From Pseudogymnoascus verrucosus (lineage: Eukaryota), in assembly GCA_001662655.1 (NCBI GenBank), contig KV460251.1: 64,000 nt of DNA. The stretch is one strand, 5' to 3'. Position numbers and translations under genes: made by a program. The notes beneath the pieces were generated by a model. That model was not told where the DNA came from. It did not search any database and was given only the letters and a program-made list of their open reading frames with translations. Shown here piece after piece: positions 26,024 to 39,099 of this stretch. How positions within the stretch are numbered: position 1 is the first letter of the stretch; each line of letters begins with the position of its first letter.

Positions 26024-26917
26024 GGCGTCTCGGACGCCTTGGTATGCTGCCAGGGCTGTAAGTCCGAGACTCAAAGCCAGGCCGGTCCTTCGGAGAGCTT
26101 GGAAGGCCACTTTTAGTTAGTTGCCTGCTGAGGCTGATAGATCGGTGTTGTTATGTGATCTTGGCAAAGGAGATCGATACCAGATGAGTAAAGGCTCAGA
26201 AAACCGTCATCTGTTGATGTGGCGTAGCCCACGATATTCAGGGTACTGCAGGGTAGCCTAAGGTAGCGATGGGGTTTCGTTTGCACAACGTGGTTCTAAT
26301 TTTGGCCAAGTAGATCAAGGGTGAGTGCATAAAGTCTCGGTTTTAAAACATGCTGACGCTGTGTATCAGCCAGCTTGTAAGAGAATCAATATGAAAGACA
26401 GTACAAAGTGTAGTGGGACAATCATAGGTTTTAGCTACTACCAGGGCCTGGACGGAAGCGCGGCTCATGACGACAGTTCCAGCCATCTACCGCTCGGCAA
26501 AATTGTAACCGCCACTAGGCGGGTGGATTGCTCGGCAATTCCAGCGATCAATGTTTTACCAGGCATCAAACAACTCAGTTTGATATTCAGGTGGCGTGCA
26601 CTTAATATTTACTCAGTATAATCTATTTTATCGTCCAAACATAGCAATTATACCATCGTTAACCACAAAATAAATTATTAAATTTGAATAGAATGTCTAT
26701 GAGTTTATGTTTCTAGAATCATCTAAACAAAAATCACAAAGAATAAGTGGTCTTCAAAGGAGCTTATTTTTAGAAGTAGAGACAAGATAGAATTTAATCC
26801 TTCGCAATCGGAAACCCGCATTCCAAATCTACATCATACAAGCCTATCAAGAGCACTGCTGTCATTACGTCCCAACTGCTCTTCGGCATCCCAGACAAAC
26901 ATAACCTTGCCCACGCT

Positions 26918-27609
<692 letters not shown>

Positions 27610-27980
27610 GGCGCTATGCTTGAAAAATAAACAGTACGAATAATCTGCAAGTCTGAACTTTTAAGTAGGTAGGAATTTGATTCAGATAATGGAGTTCATG
27701 AAGTTCAGACGATCAGGGTACGAGTACGTGGAGCTCGGTACGACGTCACCTGTGGCTGTGCACGTGCAACCGCACCTAAAACTGATTGTTGCTGTGGCGA
27801 CAAGGGTTTTTGTTGACAGCCGCCCCAAAGGAAGTGCAACCACGATGACGATAATCATATTAACATCCCAAAACACAATCAAGAGCATTCCAATATTTCA
27901 ATAATCAATCAGACGATAACTAGAAAAATCAATCTCGCTACTACACCCATCAAATTTGAAAATCAACATTATCAGCAAAG

Positions 27981-28703
27981 ATGCTTCTCGACGAGGATCC
28001 AGCGACGGTATGCGCATTCCCATTAAACATATAGTATTCACAACTAATGCGCCCCAGCTCATCCACCACACAATCGGCAACTTCAACATCCAACCCGACA
28101 AGCTCGCCGTCTCCCGCATCAATGAATCCCTCTCCACCCTCCAACAAGCCCGCGACCTGCGCCTGCGCGAGACCGAGAACTCACTCAAGAGTATGTCTCC
28201 CCCCCGCGCAACACCACAGCACATCCCCCATTTTCCACAAATTACTAACGAATCGTCTTCCAGAGCTCACAAGAACCTTAAACACCCTCCAAAACAACCA
28301 CCAAGAAACCCTCCAATCCCACTCCGCCACCGCGCACTCCTCCCGCATCGCCGAGCTCGACACCCAGAAATTCCGCGTCGCCAAGTCCTTCTCCTCCCTC
28401 GAGATCGAGACCGACCACTTATCCACCCAGCTCGCTGACCTAAAAGCACAGCTCCAGGAACTAGAACTCCAGGGCGTGGATGGCGGGGAGGAGGCCAAGA
28501 GGAGCGAGGTCGAGGATGAGGTGTTGTTGAAGTTGCGCGTTTATAGGAGTTTGGGGATTGAGGCGGAGAGAGAGGGTGGGGAGTGGAGTAGGGCGGTGGT
28601 GAGGGGGAGGGGAAAGGAAGGGAGAGGGGAAGTGCAGGTGGTTAATGTGGAGAAGAAGTTCAGCAAGTTCTTTTATGCGAATTACTTCTGGCAGGCGCTG
28701 TAA
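27981..28703 (+). CDS. SPC24: Kinetochore Ndc80-complex subunit Spc24
   Basis: [34 protein letters not shown]...[11 protein letters not shown]...[11 protein letters not shown]...[12 protein letters not shown]; two GT-AG introns with CTAAY branch sites. Confidence 0.9.
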
Positions 28704-29308
28704 GAGGGGAAGGAAGAAGAGGGAAGTGGTCAAGGGGGGAATGGAATACCAGGTGCGGCGGCGTCCGATGGAGTTATAGGGGCGCAATTTGAGCTTTAAG
28801 GTGGCTATTTAGATAGTTGAAGACGGGGATAGATACGATACCCATGCTGCGCGAAAGTGTTCGTAGGGGTTGTGCATAGTAATGAAAAAAATGATGTTCA
28901 TGATTAGGAAATTTATATCGAATATACCAACCATTGATTGAATGGTTGCAACACCCCCAAGCGAAGATCCCACTTTTTCAAATTTCACAGCCTTTCATCT
29001 ACTTATATCTACTTAGAACAGGCTCTCTTCGTAATCCCGAAATACCAGTAGATGCTAAGCGTAACGATAGGAAGCTAGGATATTGCTTCTTTGATTACCC
29101 ATCGATTATGGTCTCTATTTGCTAACATAATATTTACTTATATTTCATATAGCACCTCGTAGAATGATAAATATGTATAGGGAAATTTCCTAGAAACTAC
29201 CACCTATTTCCTAACTATGTGATGGCTCTGTAAAAACTTAGTCTGTGAGGCAGAGACACAATATGTATATGATACTAATTCGAATGTACAACGAAACTTG
29301 TTTTCGTC

Positions 29309-30559
29309 TTAGTCCAACTCTACTTCAATGACGCTCTCAACGGACTGAGGAGGTCTCCAAATCCTGACAATCCGCAGCCCTGAATTTCTGATGACCTCAC
29401 CCCACTCAATTTCAGTTCTCTCCTTTGCCGCAAGACACGCCATCATGGTGATATCTGACACCGTCACCCGCGCGAGTGGATTAACGCGACTAATTAGACT
29501 CTCATGGATGAGTAGCTTTGAGTATCCCTTCTCCATGGCGCTGGCAACGTTCTTGAGGATCGTGATAGCCGAATCATCAGGCCAGTCATGCAACACGTTA
29601 TGCATGAAGTAGATACGCGCACCTTTGACGGGCTGGGGCGTGAAGAAGTCATACGCTTGAACTGAGATGGCTGGGTCGACCTGCACGTCCTTCACGACAT
29701 CTGGGAGGTCTTGTAGGATGAGGCTCCCATCTGGTATATCCGGATGGCATAGCCGGAACTTCTCTAGATCGTGGCCTTTGCTTCCACCAATATCAACAAC
29801 CAGCGCGCGGTCGGGCTTGAGAGCGCTCACGACAGTGCTGGTGGGATACACCTCAGGCCAGGGTGTTAGGTTGTACTTCGAATGGCACTGCATAGCAGCG
29901 TGGAAGTCATTAGCCATGGCGGGGTTGGTACTAAGGTCGGCGAATAAATTATTGCTAGTCCCTTTCCAATATTGCCAATTACAATCATTCACATCACTTG
30001 GGCTCTTGAATCCCCTCTTTTTGAGGAAATACGGCAGGCTTTTGAACATTGGGCTGTTAAGCTGAGCGTAGAATTCCCCGTATACCGCTGACAATGCGGG
30101 ATCGGCCGCCAGAGCCTTGGCCCAGGGGGTGGTAGCAAAGGTGTCTTCAGCAGTCTCGATAACGAGGTGCTGCCCTGAGATTTGCCGCATCATGCGCTCT
30201 GCACGGTGAGATGAGATTCAGTTATTACTGTATCCGAATCAGGGGCCAGGACAGTGATCGATCGACGTACTGATGAGCAGCTCATCAGCTCCTGTAAGCT
30301 CAGACAGCTGTGCACACGTCTTAGGTGATCCCCCGCACCCCGCCCACTTCGTGAAGACACCAGCGTCAATGAGGGTCTTGACGGAAGCGTTCGTGGCGCC
30401 GTTAACCCAATTGTGATCCCATACGATGTCCCAAGGCGATTGAACCTTTCTCAGCGCTTCGAAGAGGGCATCCCTCGCGCGAACCCGCTCTGCCTCGTTT
30501 GCAAAGGAGCTTCCGCTGATCTCCTGGAGGTCCGCAATCAACTTGTCCGCGGATGCCAT
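29309..30559 (-). CDS. SAM-dependent O-methyltransferase (Methyltransf_2; fungal secondary-metabolism type)
   Basis: VVDIGGSKGHD, LQDLPDV, YDFFTPQPVKGARIYFMHNVLHDWPD and KERTEIEW motifs; intron 30199-30270 (GTACGT...CAG) joins the two ORFs. Confidence 0.93.
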
Positions 30560-30812
30560 CTTGTTCAATCGCGAGGATGAAACAGTCGCAAAATACGTGA
30601 CAGCAAGTTGAAAGGTGAGAGTCAGGGGCACGGGTAAGGATGTACTCCAACGCTAGAAGCACTTGCAAGCCCCCACGAAAGTAATATATAATTCCTACAT
30701 CGCTTAGACGTCTGTGCGTATAACGAGATTTGAGAAAGAGGCCAAAACCAACCCTGACCCCCCGTGCCAAGTTGCCCCATTGTTACGGCCCGATCCGACG
30801 CGCTCTTACGGC

Positions 30813-30963
30813 CCTCCCGTTGCTCGATATACCGGAGATTGCCAACCTCCTCCCCTTGCTCGATATGTGGGAGATTTGCCAACAACCTCCTCCCCTTGTT
30901 CAATATGTGGTAGATTTCCAACAACCTCCTCCCCTTGCTCGATATGTGGCAGATTGGCCAACC
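30813..30963. repeat. Minisatellite, ~4 copies of a 36-40 bp unit (TTGCTCGATATGTGGNAGATTTGCCAACAACCTCCTCCCC)
   Basis: Unit starts at 30820, 30856, 30896 and 30935, in the divergent intergenic region between the OMT and the PTH11-like gene. Confidence 0.92.
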
Positions 30964-31134
30964 TGCACGCGAGGTCGAGGTGTTGATAAATGTATCTGGT
31001 AGAACTGCCACACGGCACAATCATAGACTATCCCCTGATTTAAGGTTTCACGATCGAGACTAGCCCATTCTCCATATATTTCGACAGCTAGTACTTCTAA
31101 AGTGGTTTAGTTATCGGGCGAGTAAGGCCTCGAC

Positions 31135-32321
31135 ATGACCGCCTTGTGGCAGGCAGATGACTACGGAGTCCAGGCCAACTGGGAATGTTGGACACTATTT
31201 GCGTTTACATGCGGTTTGTCAGCACCCTCGCTGTTCTTCGTTGAGCAGCCATATCATTGATGCTGACCAAGTCCCGTCGCAGTCACTGTCGGGCTCCGAG
31301 TTATCTGCCGCACGTACTTCGTCCGTGGCGAGGGAAGACTTGGCAGCCTAGGTGTCGATGACTACACCACGATAGTTTGCGTTGCGATTCTTCTGCTCAC
31401 CTGCATCCTCGTGAGCATTGGCTCCCATCATGGCCTCGGACGACATATGGCCAGTCTTGATCCTCTTGATATCGTGGAGGCGCTAAAGTGGAACGCTATC
31501 ATCAGCTCCATCCTGATCTGGAGCTTCTCGTTGCCAAAATTCGCCATCATTGCTATCCTAAAGCGGATTCTTGACTATGGCCCCAAAATGACAATCCTTT
31601 TCTGGGCCCCTTGCCCTCTCTTCACAGGCCTGCATCTTGGCTACCTCGGTCTGGTAGTTTAAACAATGCACGCCGGTTGAGTATGGATGGGATAGGAGCA
31701 TCGATGGACACTGTGCTCCGGTAAAAATTATGGCTGATCTTGGATATTTCACGTCGGCGTACTCGGCTTTCCTCGACCTCTTCTTTGCCCTCTACCCGAT
31801 CCCACTCATCATGCGACTGAACATGCCCTTTAAATCTCGTATTGCAGTCTCTATTGCTCTCGGGCTTAGTGGGCTAGCTTGCATCGTGTCCGTCTACAAG
31901 CTGGCGATTTTCGGGCAGGTTTTTAAGATTCTCGAGCAAGATCCGACATGTGAGAACTTCCCCACTTACTTCACCCTCAACTTTTCTGAATGGGAATCTA
32001 ACCAAGCCAAATCCCATAGACCCAGTCCCCTACCTTGATATCCTCGGCGTCGCAGAGGGCTCTATCCTCCTCATCTGCGCGTCCATACCAACCCTGGGGC
32101 CTCTATTTCATTTCGCGAGAGGAACTCCCACCAGCGGGGGCGACAGCAGAAGCATGCCCAACCAGTCGGGAGATAACTCCCAAGGTGGTCGCCCTGGTGG
32201 TATCGGCAATGGTAGTTGGGGTAAAGTGAAGGGCGATATTCTGGGGTACGCGGAGCGCGGATCGATTGGTATGACTTCGAGCGTGGATGATATCCCTCTC
32301 GTTCCATCTTCTAAGCGCTAA
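31135..32321 (+). pseudogene. PTH11-like / fungal rhodopsin-domain integral membrane protein, disrupted
   Basis: VGLRVICR...LGVDDY...HGLGRHM...PKFAII...QCTPVEYGWDRSIDGHC...DLFFALYP...EGSILLICASIPTLGPL. Carries a +1 frameshift in CCCC at 31607-31610 and an in-frame TAG at 31655-31657; two intact-looking introns. Confidence 0.85.
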
Positions 32322-32543
32322 AACCACCAACATGCAATCGCAAAAACGACTGCGGAATAATAAGACATAAACTATATTGGTATTTGCTTGTCAAATCGAC
32401 AACCTGTCCCACCTACTCCTTTCCTAGATATCCTCCAGTATGTTCCATATAACTCCCCGGCTCAATACCCATAACTGCGTACACTTCCTTCATAACACAT
32501 GATCCTCGCTAATTCTCCATGCTCTCTCCTACACCGCCAGGCC

Positions 32544-33299
32544 TCATTCTTTCGGACTCACAGAATTCCTCCTCGTCATTGTCGGCGTTCTCAGAGCACT
32601 CGGGCTCCAACTCCCACCCATAGCATTCTCCTGCCCACCTCCCATCCCAAAATATCCATCCACAGTCGTAAACCCACTCCTCGTAAGCGTCGGTGTCCTT
32701 AGCCTCTTCGTGTTCGGGCTAAAGCTGCCATTCCGTCTCATCGACAGCTCCGGGCTTCGATTCCTCTCTCTCTGGTCGCCGGAATACCCCCCAGTTGTCA
32801 ACGATCTTTGATGGTGATACCGCCGTGGTGATTCGGCGGGTAATTCGAGACGTGAGTTGATTTTCGTCCATAGCTGTTCCTCGTCGCTTGGTTGATCAAG
32901 ACGCCATCCTCCTACGCCCTCGAAATCCCTCCCAAAACTGACGGACTGCTGTGGTAGGGGAAGAGAAACAGCAGACGCAGCGGGCGTAAGACCTGACATG
33001 AACGACGTATTACTCAGCCGTCTCGATCGCCGCTCAATCGTCGGGGTCGTAGCTGGGCTATTGTCGTACGTAGCGATCGGTGACAAAAACCTATGCGAGA
33101 GCTTGCTATGCGGATCATCCGTCCTCAGAATATAATGCGGCACAACCGCCAGCACAAGCTCGATATACACAAAAGTAACCCTCACAGCCAGAATCGACGC
33201 CGCCACCAAAGTCGTAACAACCGCCGCGCAAGCTAACGGAATCGCAATGAAGACAGCCACCGGGAGGCTAAAGGTGTATAAAGATAAGAAGCGTGGCAT
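32544..33299 (-). CDS. Fungal hypothetical protein with N-terminal hydrophobic hairpin
   Basis: 251-aa ORF with a hydrophobic first ~55 aa and a conserved-looking RDFEGVGGWR...LWTKINSRLELP block. Confidence 0.75.
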   Translation of the reverse strand: MPRFLSLYTFSLPVAVFIAIPLACAAVVTTLVAASILAVRVTFVYIELVLAVVPHYILRTDDPHSKLSHRFLSPIATYDNSPATTPTIERRSRRLSNTSFMSGLTPAASAVSLPLPQQSVSFGRDFEGVGGWRLDQPSDEEQLWTKINSRLELPAESPRRYHHQRSLTTGGYSGDQRERNRSPELSMRRNGSFSPNTKRLRTPTLTRSGFTTVDGYFGMGGGQENAMGGSWSPSALRTPTMTRRNSVSPKE

Positions 33300-34173
33300 T
33301 GTGAGGCATGGGCTTTGAGCATAATTGAAGGCTCAGGGCCTCAATATATTTGTTTGGGGGATTGTCAGTCAATGCCGACGAGCGTTGGGGAAGTTTTGGT
33401 GATGTTGGCTGGCTGGCATGTGGATGGACCGAAGCCGTTCCCCGCCTGTGACGTCCCTTGTGGGGTGTTGGGTGGTGGAGGGCCAGGTACGTACCACCTG
33501 GCGGAACGGGCACCTTACAGGCTAACATGGCCCGTGCGACACTCTGTCGATCCAGGGACGTGCAGCTTCAACGTCTGAGGAGGGACCGTGCGTTAGATGA
33601 GGTTTGATATTGGGATTGAAGATGGTGAAGTTATTGGGATTAATGAAGAAGAACAACAATTGATATTTTTTGGGCTGATTTACCTCTAAAATACTTCTTT
33701 ATATAAAAAAACCTCTATATAAAGGAGTAAATGGCTGCACAGTAGCATATGTTTTGATTACTCTAAACTGACCTAATATTGGAGCTGATGAATTACTCTC
33801 CTTGCTTCAAAGGAGAGTTTCTGAATAACTATACTGTAGTTAATTGAGAGGATGTAACATATAATCACAACTCAGAAATTGAGAGCCTTTATCTAATCTA
33901 TAGTTGATGTAAACTCTCAAAGCCACGATGAGTTCTATCGCCTGTCCCCAAGTTTCTCAGTGACTGTTCTCACCTTGATCTCATAACTACGCGAACAGCT
34001 TCACAACACAACCTCAAATTCACCTTCGCCTTCACCTGTTTCCGCCATTTATCGCCTCCCACGACTTCCACAACAAACATTTCTTGTAACGTTTATTAGA
34101 AATAGCACATTACCCCCCACCCCAATAAACCCACTCCAAGGGAGGGTGTATGTGCCCTCCTCCAATTCACACC

Positions 34174-36866
34174 ATGAGGACCAGAAGTTCTGGTCCAGCA
34201 AAGGACCCCATCACTGGAGAGATTTTCCCAGATCCACTACAGAGCACCATTCCAGCTTTCATCCACAAACCCGTGCCTTTCAACCCGTTTCCCGAGTCGG
34301 CATTTCCGACCCTTGAATTTCCTATTCCACCAGAACGACACGAGCGGGCTCGTCGTATAGCTCGTGGCAATCGAGGACGTCTGATGACCCCTCGTCGAAG
34401 TGGTTCTCCGAGCTCAGTCGCCAACAGCCAACCTGGACTTCAAGGAGTGAGTCCACTTGCACAAGGGATCACTCCTTCACAAGGACTCACTCGAAGCATG
34501 AGCCCTCAACTGGACGAGATCGCGTCCATTTTAAGAAACCAGCCTCTATTCACCGGATGTACCTCCCACGATAAGCCTGGAGCATTCGATAATAATCCAT
34601 ATTGGGAAGACGGTAATGAGCTGCACCCACTGGTGCCTACTACTATGGAGAAGGTAAGATAGTTCCGTCTCCTTTCAAACCTTGTGTTAATAGAAGCATT
34701 TGGACAACACAACTAACGCTTCATTCTCTGAAGAAATATGCCGTTATTCCTGCCTGGTCTGACCTCACTCCCGGCGTCCAGATCATGGCTATGAGCGAAA
34801 TGGTGCTCTCTTTCGGGCTCAAAAACGCGCCAAAATTTCTCGAACTGGAACCTGAAGAGATTAACCGGTTTGTCGACCTACAAGAGCGCGAGGTTCAAGC
34901 ACAAGCGGCCGAAGAAGAGAGGGCAAAGCAGTATCTCAACCAAAGTTTTCAAGAAATGTTGGCGGGGAAGCTAGATGGCTCGAATACCATGGAACTTCTC
35001 GATCTGCAGTTTTCCAATGGATCAATATGGGAACCAGCAACATTCGCCATGAAAAGGGTGGATTTAAAGGCTGGATCACGCTTTCTGCGAAGCCTTGGCT
35101 TCGAAGACGAGTCCATAAGACTGTGGCAGTATCATGGAATGGATGTTAGCATTAAGTATGAGTCTGATGATTCAAACTCAGCCGCGACCAATGATCCCCA
35201 AGGAGATTCCTCTCCAAAGATAGAGCGTCACACGAGTCAACCCGGCAACGAAATTACTGTTCAACCAGACGAGCCAGAGAATCTCGGGGTTGAAGCCGAA
35301 CCCAGCCGTCACTTCGTACCAAAAGCTACACGCAACCTCCTCCTTGATAAAGTTATGAGGCCGAAGAAGTCCAGACCACCAAAGAGGAAGCAAGTATCAT
35401 TTGGATTGGAGCCCTATAGTCCTGCTCGCACACCTAGCAAGCTGCGCATGTCCATTTCAGTGGATGAAATACAGACCGACGAGGCGTCCGATGAAGATGA
35501 AGAGGCAAGTCCTGTCAAGGCCAGAGTTGCACGCCAGGTTCCAACTGGGACCGACCTGTCCAAGGCTGTGAAATACACGAGGCCGACGAGACAATGGGCT
35601 GATCTGCCTAATACTGGACGGGGTTCGAAGGAACAGCACATTCGGAAGCAGAGGCAAATAACGTCGCCACTGAAACAGACGAGTTATGTTGACCTGACCG
35701 AACTTGAGCCTGACTCGCCAGTAACCCCGGAGAAGCAGAAATATCAGAATGACGCCTACCTTCAAGCACCATCCGAGAACGTTTGGTTTGCACCCGTTCG
35801 GGGGAGGTCAAGAATGCCGGTCGCAAGAGAAATGATGAGCGAGCCCCTCCGCGAGGCCGACTATCCAAGTCTCCCAGTGGTAAAGAACGTCGCAGGATTT
35901 GCAAATCCTCTCCTCGCCGCTAAATGGGCCAAATTCCCCAAACCAAACGACAACCCCAAGTTCGACGAACCGACAAAGGTACCACCAGTTCTAAGACGTC
36001 GCTCGGCACTGGGTTTTGGGGCCATTGGGTCGGACAGTCCCCCAGGCAAGGAATCTCTCCCCGGTTCATCGGTGCAGTATATGGATGAGACGCCAAGATC
36101 AAAGCGGAAGACAATGACCAGCGATGAGCTACCTAGCCCATTTGACGCATCAACGCCAGACCGTGGAAGCAACGGGCGGAAATGGAAGGAAGGAACGGTG
36201 GTTAGGACCAGACAGTTGAGCATGCAGGAGCAATATGTCGCAGACGAAGTCGTACCATCGACGCCGCGCCGTGCGAACAACGGACAGAAATGGAAGGAGG
36301 GCACGGTGGTCAGGACAAGACAATTGAGCATGCAGGAAAAAGATGTCGCAGACGAAGATGTACCATCGACGCCGCGCCCTGCAAACAACGGGCAGAAATG
36401 GAAGCAAGGCACGGTGGTTAGGACTAGGCAGCTGAGCATCCAGGAGCAATATATCGCCGACGAAGATGTACCAATTGAAATGCTGGATGCAGGGGAACAA
36501 ATTCTGATGACCCGGCCACGGATCGCTGCAAGGGGGACAAGAAAGAGTAGTGGGCTCGCGACAACTGGGGAAGGGAGGAATGGTAGAGGAGAAGGAACAA
36601 GAAAGAACAGTGGGCTCGCAACAAATGAAGAAGGAGGGAATGGTAAAGGAGAAGGAACAAGAAAGAACAGTGGGCTTGCGACTATTGGGGAAGGAAGGAA
36701 TGGTAAAGGAGACGGAACAAGAAAGAACAGTGGAGTCGCGACAACCACCGGAGAAGGAAGGAATGGCAGAGGAGAGGTAACAAGAGGAAGACCGGAGAGG
36801 AGATTCTATGTCCCGAGGCACCTTATGGATGACCCAGACCCAGAGGATGAAGATGAAGATGAGTAA
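34174..36866 (+). CDS. Orphan, largely disordered protein with two internal repeat arrays
   Basis: ORF 34150-34662 spliced (intron 34654-34733, GTAAGA...ACTAAC...AAG) in frame to ORF 34785-36866. Start is either 34150 or 34174 (ACCATG context). Confidence 0.75.
36171..36473 (+). repeat. Coding tandem repeat, ~3 x 108 nt (NGxKWKxGTVVRTRQLSxQExxxADExVPSTPR)
   Basis: Units start at 36171, 36279 and 36387. Confidence 0.92.
36534..36790 (+). repeat. Coding tandem repeat, ~4 x 60 nt (GTRKNSGLATxxEGxNGxGE)
   Basis: 60-nt periodicity visible across successive sequence lines. Confidence 0.92.
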
Positions 36867-37407
36867 GGATTCGGTTCAACTTGTAGGATATTGTTGCTGT
36901 TATCTTCTTGCTGGTGTTCATTGGAGTCAAGGCCTAAAAACGATGGATCCGAGCTGCGGCTTATGTACGCTTCTTCGAGTGCTTATCTACGCTTCAAGAC
37001 TTAGGTTGGCAATAAAAACTCTACTTTGATAATAACATATATTACTTTTCATAATTTTTACAAGTGATTGTTTTCAGAAGGTTGGAATTGGAAACAATAT
37101 GGGAAGCTGCATGGCCATGGCCGGGCACTTGTATGGCCGACCCTAACTGCACTCCGATTTGGCCTTAGCTTGCACAGCCACACCTGTAAATGACGGCCAG
37201 CCTCGCGGCTCACAGCGCTCATCAAGGGAACTGGGATTGGGAATGAACCACAGTCTGTCTCAACATCACAGCAGACTCACACTATTGTCCTCCTTCCAAA
37301 TTCCGTAAGGTTACGAGCGGTGCCCCAGAGCTTCGCATAGTGACGGCAGCAGAGCCACCCCGATCCGCCACTTCTTCACAGGCCAGCGACCCCGGAGCCT
37401 CACCATC

Positions 37408-38674
37408 ATGGCGAAGCGCATCGAGCAGCAAGAAATCGAAAAGTACTGGGAAATCTTCGCCTCCCTCTCTCATGGCGGGACGCACTTGACGGGCTCCCAG
37501 GCGGCGCCGGTGCTGAAGAATAGTCAGCTGAATGATGATAAGCTGGAGAGGATATGGGACCTGGCGGACGTGGACAACGATGGGAGTCTGGATTTCGAGG
37601 AATTCTGTGTTGCGATGCGATTGATCTTCGATATAGTCAATGGGGTAGGTGCTATGGGCTCCGGTGCTACTGTTGAAATGGAAGGTCTGACAGAATCAGG
37701 AATACGCAGATGTGCCAGCGTCATTACCGGACTGGCTGGTCCCCGAGTCAAAGGCCCATCTTGTGCAAGCCAGCCGCGCACTCACGGGACGACAAGTACA
37801 ATTTGAGAAAGTGGAAGATGAAGATGAGACTCTGGGACTGAAAGACGGCTTTGATTGGTACATGAGCCCATCAGACAAATCGAAATACGAAGAGATCTAC
37901 AATGCGAATCGGGATGGGCGCGGAGAGATCTCCTTCGACACCCTAGAGCCATTATACAGCTCCCTCGACGTACCAGATACCGATGTTAAATCAGCGTGGA
38001 ACCTAATCAACCCAAACGCAAACTCTACTATCTCCAAAGATGCGACTCTGGCATTCCTACATATCCTGAACAACCGCCACGAGGGGTTCAGGATTCCTCG
38101 CAATGTCCCGCCATCCCTGCGTGCCTCGTTTGAGCGGAACCAAATCGATTACCAGGTCGATAATCAGCGAGCTGGCTCACCGGCGCAGAAGTGGGGTTCG
38201 GCAGGGGGCGAAGAGACAAGCACAGGACGCAAGGCCAAGTTTGGAGACACGTACCTGAGCCGGTTAGGGGTTGGCGGAAAGAGCAGCTACCGCCCAGCTG
38301 GGACGGACTTCTCCACGACCAAGACGACAGAAGATTGGGAGGAGGTCAGGCTGAAGAAGCAGCTTGCTGAGCTAGAAGCTAAGGTTGACAAGGTGGAAGC
38401 TGCATCTGCGAAGAGGCACGGGGGAAAGAGAGATACGAAGCCAGCGCTTGTTAAGAGGGAACTGGAGCAGCTGCTTGATTATAAGAGGAGAGAGCTGAGG
38501 GAGATGGAGACGGGCGAGGGCAAGACTAAGGAGGGCGCTGGGTTGAAGGGCGTGAGAGAGGAGATTGAGGCGGTCAAGGAGCAGGTTGATGGATTAGGAG
38601 CACATTTAAGGTCCAGACAGAGCGCGCTCGAAGATCTTCGGCAACAAGTGGAAGATGAGAAGGCAGGAAGGTGA
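37408..38674 (+). CDS. END3: Endocytosis / actin-regulatory EH-domain protein End3 (SagA)
   Basis: [17 protein letters not shown]...[27 protein letters not shown]; intron 37645-37699; [13 protein letters not shown], second EH domain, [11 protein letters not shown] coiled coil. Confidence 0.95.
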
Positions 38675-39099
38675 AGATAGAACTATTCTTTCTTGTAGAA
38701 TACACTTTCCAGATAGAAATATCATATAAAGCGAGTGTAGATATCTCCAGTATTTTAAGAATCCATTGTATGTACCGAGTTATGTGTATGGTCTGTGCGC
38801 GGTCGGGGATGACAGATCCCCCAATCGCGATAGGAAAATTAAGCTCGAGCCAGTCCATGTGAGCCAAAGCACGCACTGACTTCGATAACCCTCGGAAAGT
38901 GGGATAAAGATATCCAAGTGAACATTTTCCGAGACAACACCCCCGAAGCCCCTATTACTTGCTATTTTGCTTTGCCAATTTTGCGCCCAGCGATTTCTAT
39001 TTCGAATACCCAGTTTCGGCCCCAAAGGAATGCGCTCAACGAGTGCAGGGGCATCTTGGCACTCATACCGCCATTATTGATGCGTGGAGATCAGGAACC

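Noticed and set aside
30813..30963. CRISPR-like appearance of the ~39-bp repeats
   Set aside because: Units are contiguous with no unique spacers, there are no cas genes, and the DNA is eukaryotic.
35861..36821. Long minus-strand ORFs over the repeat arrays
   Set aside because: Antisense shadows of the purine-rich coding repeats.
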